Below are positions 21,073 to 31,845 of a stretch of 61,992 nt of DNA, piece after piece. The DNA is from an uncultured Gammaproteobacteria bacterium (GTDB lineage Bacteria > Patescibacteriota > Microgenomatia > Levybacterales > UBA12049). Both the position numbers and the translations under genes were made by a program. The DNA lies in assembly GCA_964512695.1 (NCBI GenBank), contig CAZEJU010000002.1, positions 1-61,992 on the forward strand, given 5' to 3'. The notes below the pieces were generated by a model, which saw nothing but the letters and a program-made list of their open reading frames with translations, searched no databases and was not told the origin of the DNA. Numbering within the stretch: the stretch's first letter is position 1; every line of letters begins with the position of its first letter.

Positions 21073-21587
21073 TTTCCTTTGTAGAAAAACGCCAGTACAC
21101 TAGCCACAATCGCCCCTATACTATCTAAGGCTAAATCAGTAATGAGATCATACAACGTAATGATTTGATGAATGCGTACATACGTATCGAAAAGCCATTC
21201 TATAAACTCCCAAAGAACACCAACGCTTACCCCCAAACTGCCAATAACTATCATATAGAGCCATGGTTGTTTACGAAGCGACGTTAATGCTGTCCTCTCA
21301 CCCACGAAGCCAACTAAAAGTGTTATAACAAATGTCGTCCATACATGCACAACGTTATCAAACCATGGAAGCACTCTATACAGATCTAATGCATATTCAC
21401 TTCCAAGCATATACAAAATAACTGTCATTGGGAAAAGAAAAAAGAATACTTTAGGTAATAACTGTTTCCAAAGAAGAAAACTATGTATAAAAAGAAAACC
21501 CGCGGTCAAAAGAACATGCAGACCATCCTGAAGAATGAGGGTAACACCTAACACTAAAACTAAAAAAAAAGTACTCAGTATAGCCAT
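21069..21587 (-). CDS. Hypothetical membrane protein
   Basis: 172 aa with ~5 TM helices. No family assigned with confidence. Confidence 0.45.
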   Translation of the reverse strand: MAILSTFFLVLVLGVTLILQDGLHVLLTAGFLFIHSFLLWKQLLPKVFFFLFPMTVILYMLGSEYALDLYRVLPWFDNVVHVWTTFVITLLVGFVGERTALTSLRKQPWLYMIVIGSLGVSVGVLWEFIEWLFDTYVRIHQIITLYDLITDLALDSIGAIVASVLAFFYKGN

Positions 21588-21618
21588 AGCAATTCAACAA
21601 TGTAGCGATATAATAATA

Positions 21619-21897
21619 TTATTTTAATATCAGAAACTCGTGAAATTTCTCTTTCACTTCTTCTTCAAGAAGAGATAACTCATGCACTTCTGCTATCGGA
21701 GGACCTTTTCGACAAATGTTCACCAATGTGTTTAACTTTTCTTTATCCCCCTGCAATACGGCTTCTACTCTCTCATCTGAAAGATTCCGTATCCACCCTG
21801 TAACACCAAGTTTCTGGGCATGATATTTTACAAACTGCCGAAAACCAACTCCTTGAACAAACCCAGAGATATAAAGATGAACCTGAATAGAAGTCAT
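21619..21897 (-). CDS. acyP: Acylphosphatase
   Basis: 92 aa with V.G.VQGVGFR ... GWIRN ... VE, the acylphosphatase signatures. Confidence 0.88.
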   Translation of the reverse strand: MTSIQVHLYISGFVQGVGFRQFVKYHAQKLGVTGWIRNLSDERVEAVLQGDKEKLNTLVNICRKGPPIAEVHELSLLEEEVKEKFHEFLILK

Positions 21898-21968
21898 AAT
21901 TTACAAATTATAAGTTATAAGTTAGAAAATAACTATTTAGGACTTGTGACTTATAACTCGAGACTCCA

Positions 21969-22361
21969 TTATAAACCATATTTCACCAACACCTTCTCTC
22001 TATACTCTTCAGATAACCCCCACTTCTTTAACTGTTCGTTATCTGCTTTAAAGCGATACTGCTCAATAGCAAAAGTATAGTCATCATTAATAAATATTTT
22101 TTCTTGCTCTAATAGTTTTTTCTGTAACATTTTATCGTTATGTAGGTTACTATCAATGGAAATCCGTCCCACATTATTTACTACACGCCACCAAGGTATA
22201 GAAACTGTTTCTTCTAGAGAACGTAGCGTCCACCCTACTTGTCGTGCGGCACGCGGAACGCCGATATACACTGCGACCTGCCCATAGCTGACAACTTTCC
22301 CAAAAGGAATTGATTGAACGACATGAATAACTTTATGAGCAAATTGCGAAAGAGATTTCAT
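21969..22361 (-). CDS. Alkyltransferase-like (ATL) protein: MGMT DNA-binding domain with Trp in place of the catalytic Cys
   Basis: IPFGKVVSYGQVA...RQVG...IPWWRVV. The canonical PCHRV is replaced by PWWRV. Confidence 0.75.
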   Translation of the reverse strand: MKSLSQFAHKVIHVVQSIPFGKVVSYGQVAVYIGVPRAARQVGWTLRSLEETVSIPWWRVVNNVGRISIDSNLHNDKMLQKKLLEQEKIFINDDYTFAIEQYRFKADNEQLKKWGLSEEYREKVLVKYGL

Positions 22362-22485
22362 AATAACCCAATACTACCAGTACACAAATAAACAAATCAA
22401 TGAAGAATATAATATTGCAAAAATTTTTATTGTAAATTGATTGGTAGCCTGCCTGCCGGCAGGTATTTGTTTATGGGGTTATTTG
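22362..22485. repeat. Nested palindromic intergenic element, copy B
   Basis: AATAACCCAATACTACCAG ... AATTGATTGGTAG plus an inner CCTGCCGGCAGG palindrome and an outer AATAACCCAAT / ATGGGGTTATT pairing. Confidence 0.7.
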
Positions 22486-22498
22486 TTAATTGAATGGA

Positions 22499-22840
22499 CT
22501 ATTCCGGTATTTTTCCAAGTTCGCCTCTAATAATTCTCTTCTCACCCGGCTTCTGTCCTTGCGTTCCTCTTTTTAATTGTGCTAATTTCCACATAAATAA
22601 TGCGCCTTTATTTTTTGCGTTACTATCACTGACGAAAGATAATGCCTTTTCTAATAATGCACGATGTTCTGTTTTCGCAAGCTTTATATATAAACTTTTG
22701 TGTTTATAATCATTTAATTCTTCACTTAACCGAATACCAAAATCTTGAAATTCGCGGGAAATATACTTGTCTGTAGTGGGATTAAATTTATCAAGAACGG
22801 TTTTAATAGACTGCATACAAAAGAAATAAGAAATAAGCAA
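22499..22840 (-). CDS. Hypothetical protein
   Basis: 113-aa ORF with helical, basic composition. The likely start is the internal Met at 22816. No family recognised. Confidence 0.4.
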   Translation of the reverse strand: MLISYFFCMQSIKTVLDKFNPTTDKYISREFQDFGIRLSEELNDYKHKSLYIKLAKTEHRALLEKALSFVSDSNAKNKGALFMWKLAQLKRGTQGQKPGEKRIIRGELGKIPE

Positions 22841-22893
22841 AAAATAATAAGCTATATAATAATACCATACATCTGCCTATCACTTATCTCTTA

Positions 22894-23538
22894 TCACTTT
22901 GTGTTGAAGCGGTTCATAGCAGACTCGAGGCCTTTTTCTAGAGCTACTTCAAGAGCATCCACAGCACTTTTTACTAATTTTTTAACTTCGCTCGTCTCTT
23001 TACCACTAAACTCCCCTAAAACAAAATCGTTTGTGTTTCCCAATTTACGTCGGCTAATATTTTTTTCTTCTCCATCATCTGTTAAATGGCCTGCTGTGTG
23101 CCGTAATTGTCCTATACCAAGACGAAAACGCCAGAACTTATCACCTACTTGCTCAATAATACTTTCTACGCCATGATGACCTCCAGCTGCCCCACCAAAT
23201 CGAATTTTCATCTTTCCCAAAGGAAGATCGAGATCGTCATGAATGGTCCAAATATCCTCTGCAGCAACTTTGTAATATGAAGAAACAAGCTGAACTGCCA
23301 TACCGGAATTATTCATATAAGTTTTCGGCTTAACGAGGAAAATGTGTTCTGCTGCACCAACTTTTGGTTGCCAATCAAGTACTGCGATGTCGGATTTTAA
23401 CTTTTCATTATTTGACCAAACAGTTCCTTTCACAGAAGAAAAATCTTTGAGGAATTGTTCAACGACCATGAAGCCCAGATTATGACGAGTCATTTCGTAT
23501 TGTTCACCTGGGTTTCCAAGTCCAACTATTAACTTCAT
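22894..23538 (-). CDS. pth: Peptidyl-tRNA hydrolase
   Basis: MKLIVGLGNPG..Y..TRHN.GF N-terminal signature. The start is placed at the Met at 23538 rather than the ORF maximum at 23577. There is a ~25-aa insert before the C-terminal helix. Confidence 0.88.
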   Translation of the reverse strand: MKLIVGLGNPGEQYEMTRHNLGFMVVEQFLKDFSSVKGTVWSNNEKLKSDIAVLDWQPKVGAAEHIFLVKPKTYMNNSGMAVQLVSSYYKVAAEDIWTIHDDLDLPLGKMKIRFGGAAGGHHGVESIIEQVGDKFWRFRLGIGQLRHTAGHLTDDGEEKNISRRKLGNTNDFVLGEFSGKETSEVKKLVKSAVDALEVALEKGLESAMNRFNTK

Positions 23539-23763
23539 AGATTTCCATTTTCTCTTTGTCATTTCTATCTTGTACAAAGCAGAATTGGCTACTTAAGCAA
23601 TAAATTCCTCTTTGAAGATTAGAATGTAGACAAATGAAAATTTCTTTTTATATTCTACAACGTTCTACCTTAATTTACAATTTGTTCTTTACTCTCGCAA
23701 TAATCTATATCACAAAAAAAACGAGAACAGTTACCTGTCCCCGCTTTAAAAATAAATACGATT

Positions 23764-24216
23764 TTATTTGTAGTAAGATTTTACTTCAAATAATAAATAC
23801 ATTCCTAAAAGGATACCTAAAAATGAACCAACTGAAACTGATCCATTAAAAATAGATAAAACCGCAGCTAATGCATTAACAAGTTCAGCCCAAAATAGTA
23901 GCATCCATCCACCATATCGACGTTTGGCAAGTTTAGGATACGCCATAACCATTAAAACACTCCCTATTATGGAAATAATACCGTACAGAAAAACAGTTAT
24001 ACTTGCATTAACGCCTCCGAGTAGTGCTAGCGGTGAGACTCCCAGTAAACCAATTCCAGCAATAACCCCGAGAATACCAAAAATTAATGCGAGCCAAGGA
24101 GCAATCTGAACTAAGACATCACGAACATTGTTTGGTAAATGAGGAGCTTGTTTAAATACATCCTCTAAAGAGGATACTAACGCGTTACTGTGTTTGTGTA
24201 ATTCTTTGTGTTCCAC
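23764..24216 (-). CDS. Small membrane protein (4 TM helices), hypothetical
   Basis: 150-aa ORF with a GTG start, preceded by AAGGAGGTG at 8-nt spacing. Confidence 0.5.
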   Translation of the reverse strand: MEHKELHKHSNALVSSLEDVFKQAPHLPNNVRDVLVQIAPWLALIFGILGVIAGIGLLGVSPLALLGGVNASITVFLYGIISIIGSVLMVMAYPKLAKRRYGGWMLLFWAELVNALAAVLSIFNGSVSVGSFLGILLGMYLLFEVKSYYK

Positions 24217-24359
24217 TTCTTTTTCACCTCCTTGTTAGAAACTCTTAATGAACATGTAAGCGGTGACGTCTAGAGTTTCTTAAATTCTCCTAAGATCAGG
24301 AGGACAGACTCACTTCATTATATTTTAACACAAGCACAAAACAACAAATACAGGATTCC

Positions 24360-25838
24360 TTAAAACTCAAGACTGAGTTGATTCGTAGGAACTTCGCTTC
24401 GCTCTTTTACACCTTCTCCTTCTTGCCAAATATGAACAGTACCATATTCTCCATCATACCCAGGGTCTACTGTAAGAACGCCCCTTCTCACTCTCTCTAC
24501 TGTTTGAGCGATTCTCTCTGCTTGTGTTGCTCCCGACTGACGGGCTATTGTTTCTATATCTTCTAACCTTGTCTTTAAAAGCAGATTAATTTCTGAATCT
24601 GTTTTACACATTTCTGTATATAACTTTTTAATTTTTATACTGGTTGGTGTCATCTCTAAGGCTGCTGCGAGGATTTGTTCTAGCCTTACTAACTTTACGA
24701 AAGGAGGATGTGATCGGGAAATATCAGTATGCCACTTAACCCCACTTTCACTAATCTTTTCTGTATAGTTTTTTGCAAATTCTGCACCTGCAAGTTGTTC
24801 AATTCTGACTGCTACTCCTTCTGTTAGTTCGCGTTTACAGACAGAACATACGCTTCCCTTTTCATCGGAATCTTTTGGTGACAATGAAATCTTACATGCT
24901 CTATGACCCGAAAAATGATACTTCCCCTCTTCAGGATAGAATTCGATAGTATAGATAATTCGGTTATCTGTTTTCGTTTTTCGGTTTTCGGCTTCCTGTT
25001 TTTCAATTTTCGGTTCTTCAGTTCGTTCAACTGATTGACCGATGACCGACTGACTGCCAGCTGAAAACCGACCACTGAAAACAGATAACTGACTCGGACG
25101 CATAATCGCCTCTCTTAACTTTGAATATGTTGGAAGACTACCTTCCAATTCGAATACCGTTGCCTCGCGTGCCATATTCGCAGGACTATGTGCATCAGAG
25201 AAAGACAATATCGAACGATTCGCTAATTCACCTATGCGCCAATTCATCTCGGGATCACTGGAAATACCTGTTTCTATTCCGTAAATATACCGACTGAACT
25301 CACCAAACGCTTCATCTAAACTATCAAATCCTGATTTTGATCCGTAAACTCCAAAATGTGGCGTCCATACATGACAAGGGATTAGCATACACCGTTCATC
25401 AATTCCAAGTATAAGTTCGAATAAATCTTTCGACGATAAACCAATAATGGGTCTTCCATCTGCATTGAGGTTTGCTCCACGTTTAGCTAATGTCTCATTA
25501 ATTTTCTGGGCAATCTGAAGATTTGGTGAGAAAATGAGATTATGAATTCTCCGTAACTTACCTCCTTGTTTATAAATACTCGCAATCTCAGTTGAAAGAA
25601 GAAAATATACCTCTTTCTCCTTATTTTCCCCGTCTTCTCTTAATCTGAAGATCCCTTCTTCTGCTTCTTCCAGCTGTGCGCTTATTTCTTTAAACCATAC
25701 AGGATGTGTAAAATCAGATGCTGAAAGAATGTCTAAACCTTTTTGTCTGGCATATTCAGCCATTACAGGAAGCGTCATTTGCTGAGAAACGGCGCGTGAG
25801 TATTTCGAATGAAGGTGCAAATCGGCTACATATTGCAT
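24360..25838 (-). CDS. Endonuclease Q-like PHP-domain nuclease
   Basis: Collinear with archaeal EndoQ as I recall it: DLHLHSKYSRAVS, RIHNLIF, GRPIIGL, HVWTPHFG, SFSDAHSP, then the zinc finger region GKYHFSGHRAC...CSVCKRELTEGV and a C-terminal DPGYDGEYG. It carries a ~44-aa repeat-encoded insert. Confidence 0.75.
   Translation of the reverse strand: MQYVADLHLHSKYSRAVSQQMTLPVMAEYARQKGLDILSASDFTHPVWFKEISAQLEEAEEGIFRLREDGENKEKEVYFLLSTEIASIYKQGGKLRRIHNLIFSPNLQIAQKINETLAKRGANLNADGRPIIGLSSKDLFELILGIDERCMLIPCHVWTPHFGVYGSKSGFDSLDEAFGEFSRYIYGIETGISSDPEMNWRIGELANRSILSFSDAHSPANMAREATVFELEGSLPTYSKLREAIMRPSQLSVFSGRFSAGSQSVIGQSVERTEEPKIEKQEAENRKTKTDNRIIYTIEFYPEEGKYHFSGHRACKISLSPKDSDEKGSVCSVCKRELTEGVAVRIEQLAGAEFAKNYTEKISESGVKWHTDISRSHPPFVKLVRLEQILAAALEMTPTSIKIKKLYTEMCKTDSEINLLLKTRLEDIETIARQSGATQAERIAQTVERVRRGVLTVDPGYDGEYGTVHIWQEGEGVKERSEVPTNQLSLEF
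24961..25093. mobile_element. RPE/MITE-like palindromic element inserted in-frame in the EndoQ gene
   Basis: The terminal inverted repeat CGGTTATCTGTTTTC (24961-24975) matches the reverse complement of GAAAACAGATAACTG (25077-25091) at 14/15 positions. The interior consists of TTTTCGG and CTGACCG unit runs around a CAGTT...AACTG core. Homologous copies are at 39750-39872 and 53655-53764. Confidence 0.7.
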
Positions 25839-25918
25839 GGATAGAGTGTAACAAAAAACTTTTATATTAGTAAGTAATACAGGTTGTATAGTTAAGACGC
25901 TAATGCTATAAAAAATAT

Positions 25919-27043
25919 ATGCTTAAGTATTTCTATCTCTGCACTATTCTTCTCATAACAACTCTTTTTTATAAAGAGATTCAGGAACAAATGAACCATG
26001 GTACATTTATCCAAACCGCCCAAGCACAGTTACAAATGAAACCTTTTTATCCCACTGCTTCACCCACGCCGGCCGGAGGTATTCCTCCCACAAATACACC
26101 AACTCCTATCCACGCCACCAACACACCCACCCCGCTCCCAGGAGCAGCCACAAATACACCCACACCTGTTCAGGGAATAGATCCACTACAGTGTTTAGTA
26201 GATAATGTATCTGAACAAAAACTTCGAGAGTATATGGGTAATTTAGTTGATAACGACACAACTGCAAGTAGAGATGAGGCACAAACTAGATTTAGTAATT
26301 CCCAAGGGAATGCAACTGAGGCAACGTATATAAAATCGCACTTCGCAGAGCATGGATTAGAAAATGAGTTCCAACCGTTTTCTGGGGGAGGTGTAAACTC
26401 TAAAAATATCATTGGTAGAAGACGAGGAACTATATTACCTAATGAATACTATCTCGTTACTTCCCATATGGATACTATGCCAAGTAGTATGTCAGGAGGA
26501 GCGCCAGGGGCAGATGATAATGGATCTGGTACTATCTTAGTAATGGAAGTTGCGAGAGTCTTTAAAGCATGTAATTTTCAAACAAAGCGTACTATAGAAT
26601 TTATTACGTTTTCAGGTGAAGAAGAGGGGTTAATTGGAAGTAATTATTATGTCAGAAATTATTTACAAAATGAAACTTCATCAAAAACTATTAAGGGCGT
26701 AATCAATGCTGATATGATCGGAACACGTCGAGGAAGTTCTCATATTAAAGCAACGTATAATCCAGCACGCCCTGGCTTAACACTTGCCCAGAAAATAATA
26801 CAAACGAAAAACAGATACAACCTACCTTTGACTATAACGCTTGAATCAAATACTGAAAATAGAAGCGATCATGCATACTTTCATAGAAATAATATTCCCG
26901 CTGCTTTTATATATGAAGCTGAATTCAGCGGAGTCTATCATAGATCAGCAGATAAACCCAGTCATCCAGAGTTTAGCTTTCAGCAAATTACAGAAGCGAC
27001 AAAAGCTGTTGCAGCAACTATTGCTGAGTTAGCTAACGAATAA
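25919..27043 (+). CDS. M28 family aminopeptidase, secreted, with a Pro/Thr linker
   Basis: Signal anchor, a PT-rich linker, then GADDNGSG, FSGEEEGLIGS and NADMIG metal-ligand motifs. Confidence 0.8.
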   Translation: MLKYFYLCTILLITTLFYKEIQEQMNHGTFIQTAQAQLQMKPFYPTASPTPAGGIPPTNTPTPIHATNTPTPLPGAATNTPTPVQGIDPLQCLVDNVSEQKLREYMGNLVDNDTTASRDEAQTRFSNSQGNATEATYIKSHFAEHGLENEFQPFSGGGVNSKNIIGRRRGTILPNEYYLVTSHMDTMPSSMSGGAPGADDNGSGTILVMEVARVFKACNFQTKRTIEFITFSGEEEGLIGSNYYVRNYLQNETSSKTIKGVINADMIGTRRGSSHIKATYNPARPGLTLAQKIIQTKNRYNLPLTITLESNTENRSDHAYFHRNNIPAAFIYEAEFSGVYHRSADKPSHPEFSFQQITEATKAVAATIAELANE

Positions 27044-27044
27044 T

Positions 27045-27716
27045 ATGAAAAAGCTATTTTTATTTATTATAATTTTTTGTTTCTATTCTATCTCACCACA
27101 TTTAGTACATGGACAATCCACTAACCTTCAATTAGCTCTTGTTTATTACCATACTCCAGAGGAGTTACAAACAATTTTTTCAACTAGTACAAACGTTTTG
27201 GAGTTTTTAGAAGGTGAGGATATAGCTTCTCCAGTACTTCTTGGTCTTTTTTCAGAAAGCCAAATCTCTACACTTCGTGAAAGGAGTAAATATAGAATAG
27301 TTTTAGTTGATACAAATGCTGACCTTAGCCGTTACGTTTTATTATGGCATCCCCAAGAAGATAAAGGACATCTTTTAGAAATCTATGGAACAATAATAGC
27401 ATTAAGTCCTAAGCACACATTAGTCAAACTCGACGAGGGTAAATCGTTCAGCCATGAGGGTGTGGGAGCTGAATTTTTTGAAACTCCACTAACTCTAGAA
27501 CCTATAGCAACACCACTTCCCCGTGAGGAGTTAGGCACAGCAAATCCCCCTACTCCTACCGAAAAAAAGGTTACACCTCCAAAAACATCTTCTTCTCCCT
27601 TTCTCTTTATAATGTTTGCGGTGATTTTGGTAGTTGCTGGCGTCATAGGAGTAGCAGTATGGATAAAGAAACGGAAAACACGCATGGAGAAAGAAGTAAA
27701 CTATCCTCTACAGTAG
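27045..27716 (+). CDS. Hypothetical secreted protein with a C-terminal TM anchor
   Basis: 223-aa ORF with a signal peptide and a C-terminal hydrophobic helix followed by KKRK. Confidence 0.45.
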   Translation: MKKLFLFIIIFCFYSISPHLVHGQSTNLQLALVYYHTPEELQTIFSTSTNVLEFLEGEDIASPVLLGLFSESQISTLRERSKYRIVLVDTNADLSRYVLLWHPQEDKGHLLEIYGTIIALSPKHTLVKLDEGKSFSHEGVGAEFFETPLTLEPIATPLPREELGTANPPTPTEKKVTPPKTSSSPFLFIMFAVILVVAGVIGVAVWIKKRKTRMEKEVNYPLQ

Positions 27717-27717
27717 A

Positions 27718-29496
<1,779 letters not shown>

Positions 29497-29508
29497 AGTA
29501 TATTTTAT

Positions 29509-29590
29509 AGTCCTAAGTTACAAGTTCTAAGTCCTAAAATAAATTTACACTCTGTGACTTAAAACTCATGACTTATAACTTGTGACTTCC
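29509..29590. repeat. Inverted pair of heptamer runs (AAGTYAY family)
   Basis: agtcctaagttacaagttctaagtcctaaaat faces gtgacttaaaactcatgacttataacttgtgacttcc. Confidence 0.8.
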
Positions 29591-29930
29591 AATGATGTTT
29601 TTACAATCTTAGTTAATATATTTATAATTTCTTCGTTCTCTATTAGTAAGTTTTCTAATTTTTCTTTTATATCAGGATTAAGCTCTTTTATCAAACGTAA
29701 CCAATATCTAGTCTCTCTTGCTTCCTTCTTTGCTATATTCATGCAATATGCAAAATCTTTCTTTGAGTTCGTCCCCAGTGCTTCTTCAATATTTGCACCA
29801 ATTGAAGTCGACGATCGAATTATCTGTTTTGAAACAATTACATTTCGAACGTTTTTGATAAAAGTTTTGTTAGCTTAATAACACTCAGAGAAAACTCAAA
29901 AGATCTGTTAGCAATAATTGATTCTTTCAT
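29566..29930 (-). pseudogene. Four-helix-bundle protein (PF05635 / Avd-like, '23S rRNA IVS protein'), frameshifted
   Basis: My hand translation gives MKESIIANRSFEFSLSVIKLTKLLSK... stopping at 29838-29840. A different frame continues ...VRNVIVSKQIIRSSTSIGANIEEALGTNSKKDFAYCMNIAKKEARETRYWLRLI... to the stop at 29566-29568. The junction is at an A5 run (29852-29856). It is absent from the ORF track because neither piece reaches 60 aa. Confidence 0.65.
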
Positions 29931-29969
29931 GCAGACTTATAACTTACGACTTGTAACTTAGGACTTCTA

Positions 29970-31049
29970 CTACTTCATAATGTATTTCGCTGCTTTTGTC
30001 GTCCCTGTTTTCTTCACTAATCCAGACGTAATTAAACCTTTTAATTCATTTAACACAGTATCTTCGGAAACAAACTGAAATAATTGTTTAAAAGCACTAT
30101 TTTGTAAATAACCAGTTTCCTGAATATATTCAATAATTTTTAGCTGTCTTTCAGATAATAGCAATGGCTTACCACCAAGTTTTGATTTTAATTTACCATC
30201 AACGGAAATCTTCTCGACTTTTTCTTTAATTTTGTTCAGTTCTATAGCGAGCCCTTCTGTATAATATTCAAGCCATTCTGTTTGATTACCATCGTTTTTA
30301 GTGACTGACTGTAAAGCAGCATAATATGCTCCTGCATCTCTATCGAAATATTCCTCTAATGAAAAAAACCGACGAATATCATATCCTTGCTGAAAGAGGA
30401 TAAGTGTCGATATTGCACGAGCAACCCGTCCATTACCATCTATAAAAGGATGAATTCTGACTATTTCATAATGAACAACTCCGCTCTTCAAAACAGGATG
30501 AATATCCTGATCTGTCGACTTTTCCACGAATCCAAGAAGTTCGCGTATTTGGAATGGGACTGATATAGCTGGGGGTGGACGGAAAGTTATTTCTCCTGTT
30601 TGACTGTTCTTTATTACAACTTGTGTTTTCCTATACTCCCCACACCTTTCAATTGCAAGAATTTTTTCAACTGTGAGTTTATGAACATATTTTACTAATT
30701 CCTCATCTACTTGTAACTTAGGACTTCTAACTTGCAACTGTTCAACATATTCCATTACCTTTCGATAATTAATTACTTCCTGCACATCTCGCTGTCTTGC
30801 TACGATCTCTTGTCCCATAAGCACTTTCTCTGCTTGTGTTAAATTTAATTCATTTCCTTCGACATGTGTTCCATGATGCACTGTACGGACGAGAGCATCT
30901 TGCTGGAATTTCTTTTCATAATATGGAAGAAGAGGCGCATGATCTATGACCTCTTTCGAAGCTTCAATAATACCGATGTTTCGAAGGATGGTGTTGGTGA
31001 TTGTATAGGCTGGTTTATACATAAGTAATAAGTGATAAGCAACAAACAA
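29970..31049 (-). CDS. Fic family protein (AMPylase-type) with a C-terminal wHTH
   Basis: HPFIDGNGRVAR core motif with a Fic_N-like N-terminal region. The likely true start is the Met at 31022. A heptamer block lies at 30717-30750. Confidence 0.88.
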   Translation of the reverse strand: MFVAYHLLLMYKPAYTITNTILRNIGIIEASKEVIDHAPLLPYYEKKFQQDALVRTVHHGTHVEGNELNLTQAEKVLMGQEIVARQRDVQEVINYRKVMEYVEQLQVRSPKLQVDEELVKYVHKLTVEKILAIERCGEYRKTQVVIKNSQTGEITFRPPPAISVPFQIRELLGFVEKSTDQDIHPVLKSGVVHYEIVRIHPFIDGNGRVARAISTLILFQQGYDIRRFFSLEEYFDRDAGAYYAALQSVTKNDGNQTEWLEYYTEGLAIELNKIKEKVEKISVDGKLKSKLGGKPLLLSERQLKIIEYIQETGYLQNSAFKQLFQFVSEDTVLNELKGLITSGLVKKTGTTKAAKYIMK

Positions 31050-31079
31050 TAAGAAGAAATATGCATCTATAGTTATTAC

Positions 31080-31499
31080 TTATCTCTTCTCGCTTTTTTG
31101 TGATTGATGAAGTCGCCATATAATTCTACCGCATTCTTCCTTCATTTGTAGCAACTTATCATAATCAGGTTGTTTAATCAAACCATGCTGCTTAGAGAAG
31201 TAAAGTAAATATTCAACTTCAGCTAAAGAACCAAGTGCTATAGAAAGAAAATGCCGGAATTCATTTTTATTAATACGCGCATATCCTTCGATTATATTTA
31301 AAGGGACTGACAAAGCAGCCCGCTTTAACTGAGATGTTATACCATATAACTCTTCTTGTGGAAATAGTAAAGTAGCAACATATATAGCAGAAGCAAGTTG
31401 ATCAGATTTTTGCCATGCGATCAACTTCTTGTAGCCCTGTACATACACAATACTTATTTCTTGTTGCTTATCGCTGATCACTAGATTCAATAGTCGCAT
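31080..31499 (-). CDS. Four-helix-bundle protein (PF05635 / Avd-like)
   Basis: YKKLIAWQKS...SQLKRAALSVPLNIIEGYAR.NKNEFRHFLSIALGSLAEVEYLL, the family signature. The probable start is the GTG at 31448, because the first ~17 codons are repeat sequence. Confidence 0.8.
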   Translation of the reverse strand: MRLLNLVISDKQQEISIVYVQGYKKLIAWQKSDQLASAIYVATLLFPQEELYGITSQLKRAALSVPLNIIEGYARINKNEFRHFLSIALGSLAEVEYLLYFSKQHGLIKQPDYDKLLQMKEECGRIIWRLHQSQKSEKR

Positions 31500-31536
31500 A
31501 ATTCCCGAAGAACTACAAGTATGCTATACTTAGCAT

Positions 31537-31845
31537 ATGGCAAAAACGAAAAGAGAAGAAGAAAAAGAGAAAGAAAAAGGATTACCTGTACTTGTTATGC
31601 GCCAAATGGTAACACTATCGACAAGCGGTTTTGGGCTTGTAGCAGCTCTCGCGTGGAATAATGTTATTCGGGAATTGGTAGATCAATATATTGCTAAATG
31701 GATTCCAAATGGCGGAGGGCTCATCTCACTTCTTCTCTACGCTGTGATTATTACCGTCCTTGCTGTGTTAGTTACGACTAATCTCACGAAAACACTACAG
31801 AGGCTTGAACAGCTTGAGGAAAAATTCGAGGGTAAAAAATCATAA
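31537..31845 (+). CDS. Small membrane protein, hypothetical
   Basis: 102 aa with a Lys/Glu-rich N-terminus and two TM helices. Confidence 0.45.
   Translation: MAKTKREEEKEKEKGLPVLVMRQMVTLSTSGFGLVAALAWNNVIRELVDQYIAKWIPNGGGLISLLLYAVIITVLAVLVTTNLTKTLQRLEQLEEKFEGKKS

Noticed and set aside
29582-29878. ORF 29582-29878 (+)
   Set aside because: It is antisense to the frameshifted four-helix-bundle gene, whose translation matches a known family.
29566-31499. A diversity-generating retroelement, considered because Avd-like genes are present
   Set aside because: There is no reverse transcriptase ORF in the window, and I could find no ~100-nt template/variable repeat pair differing at adenines. The Avd-like genes appear stand-alone.
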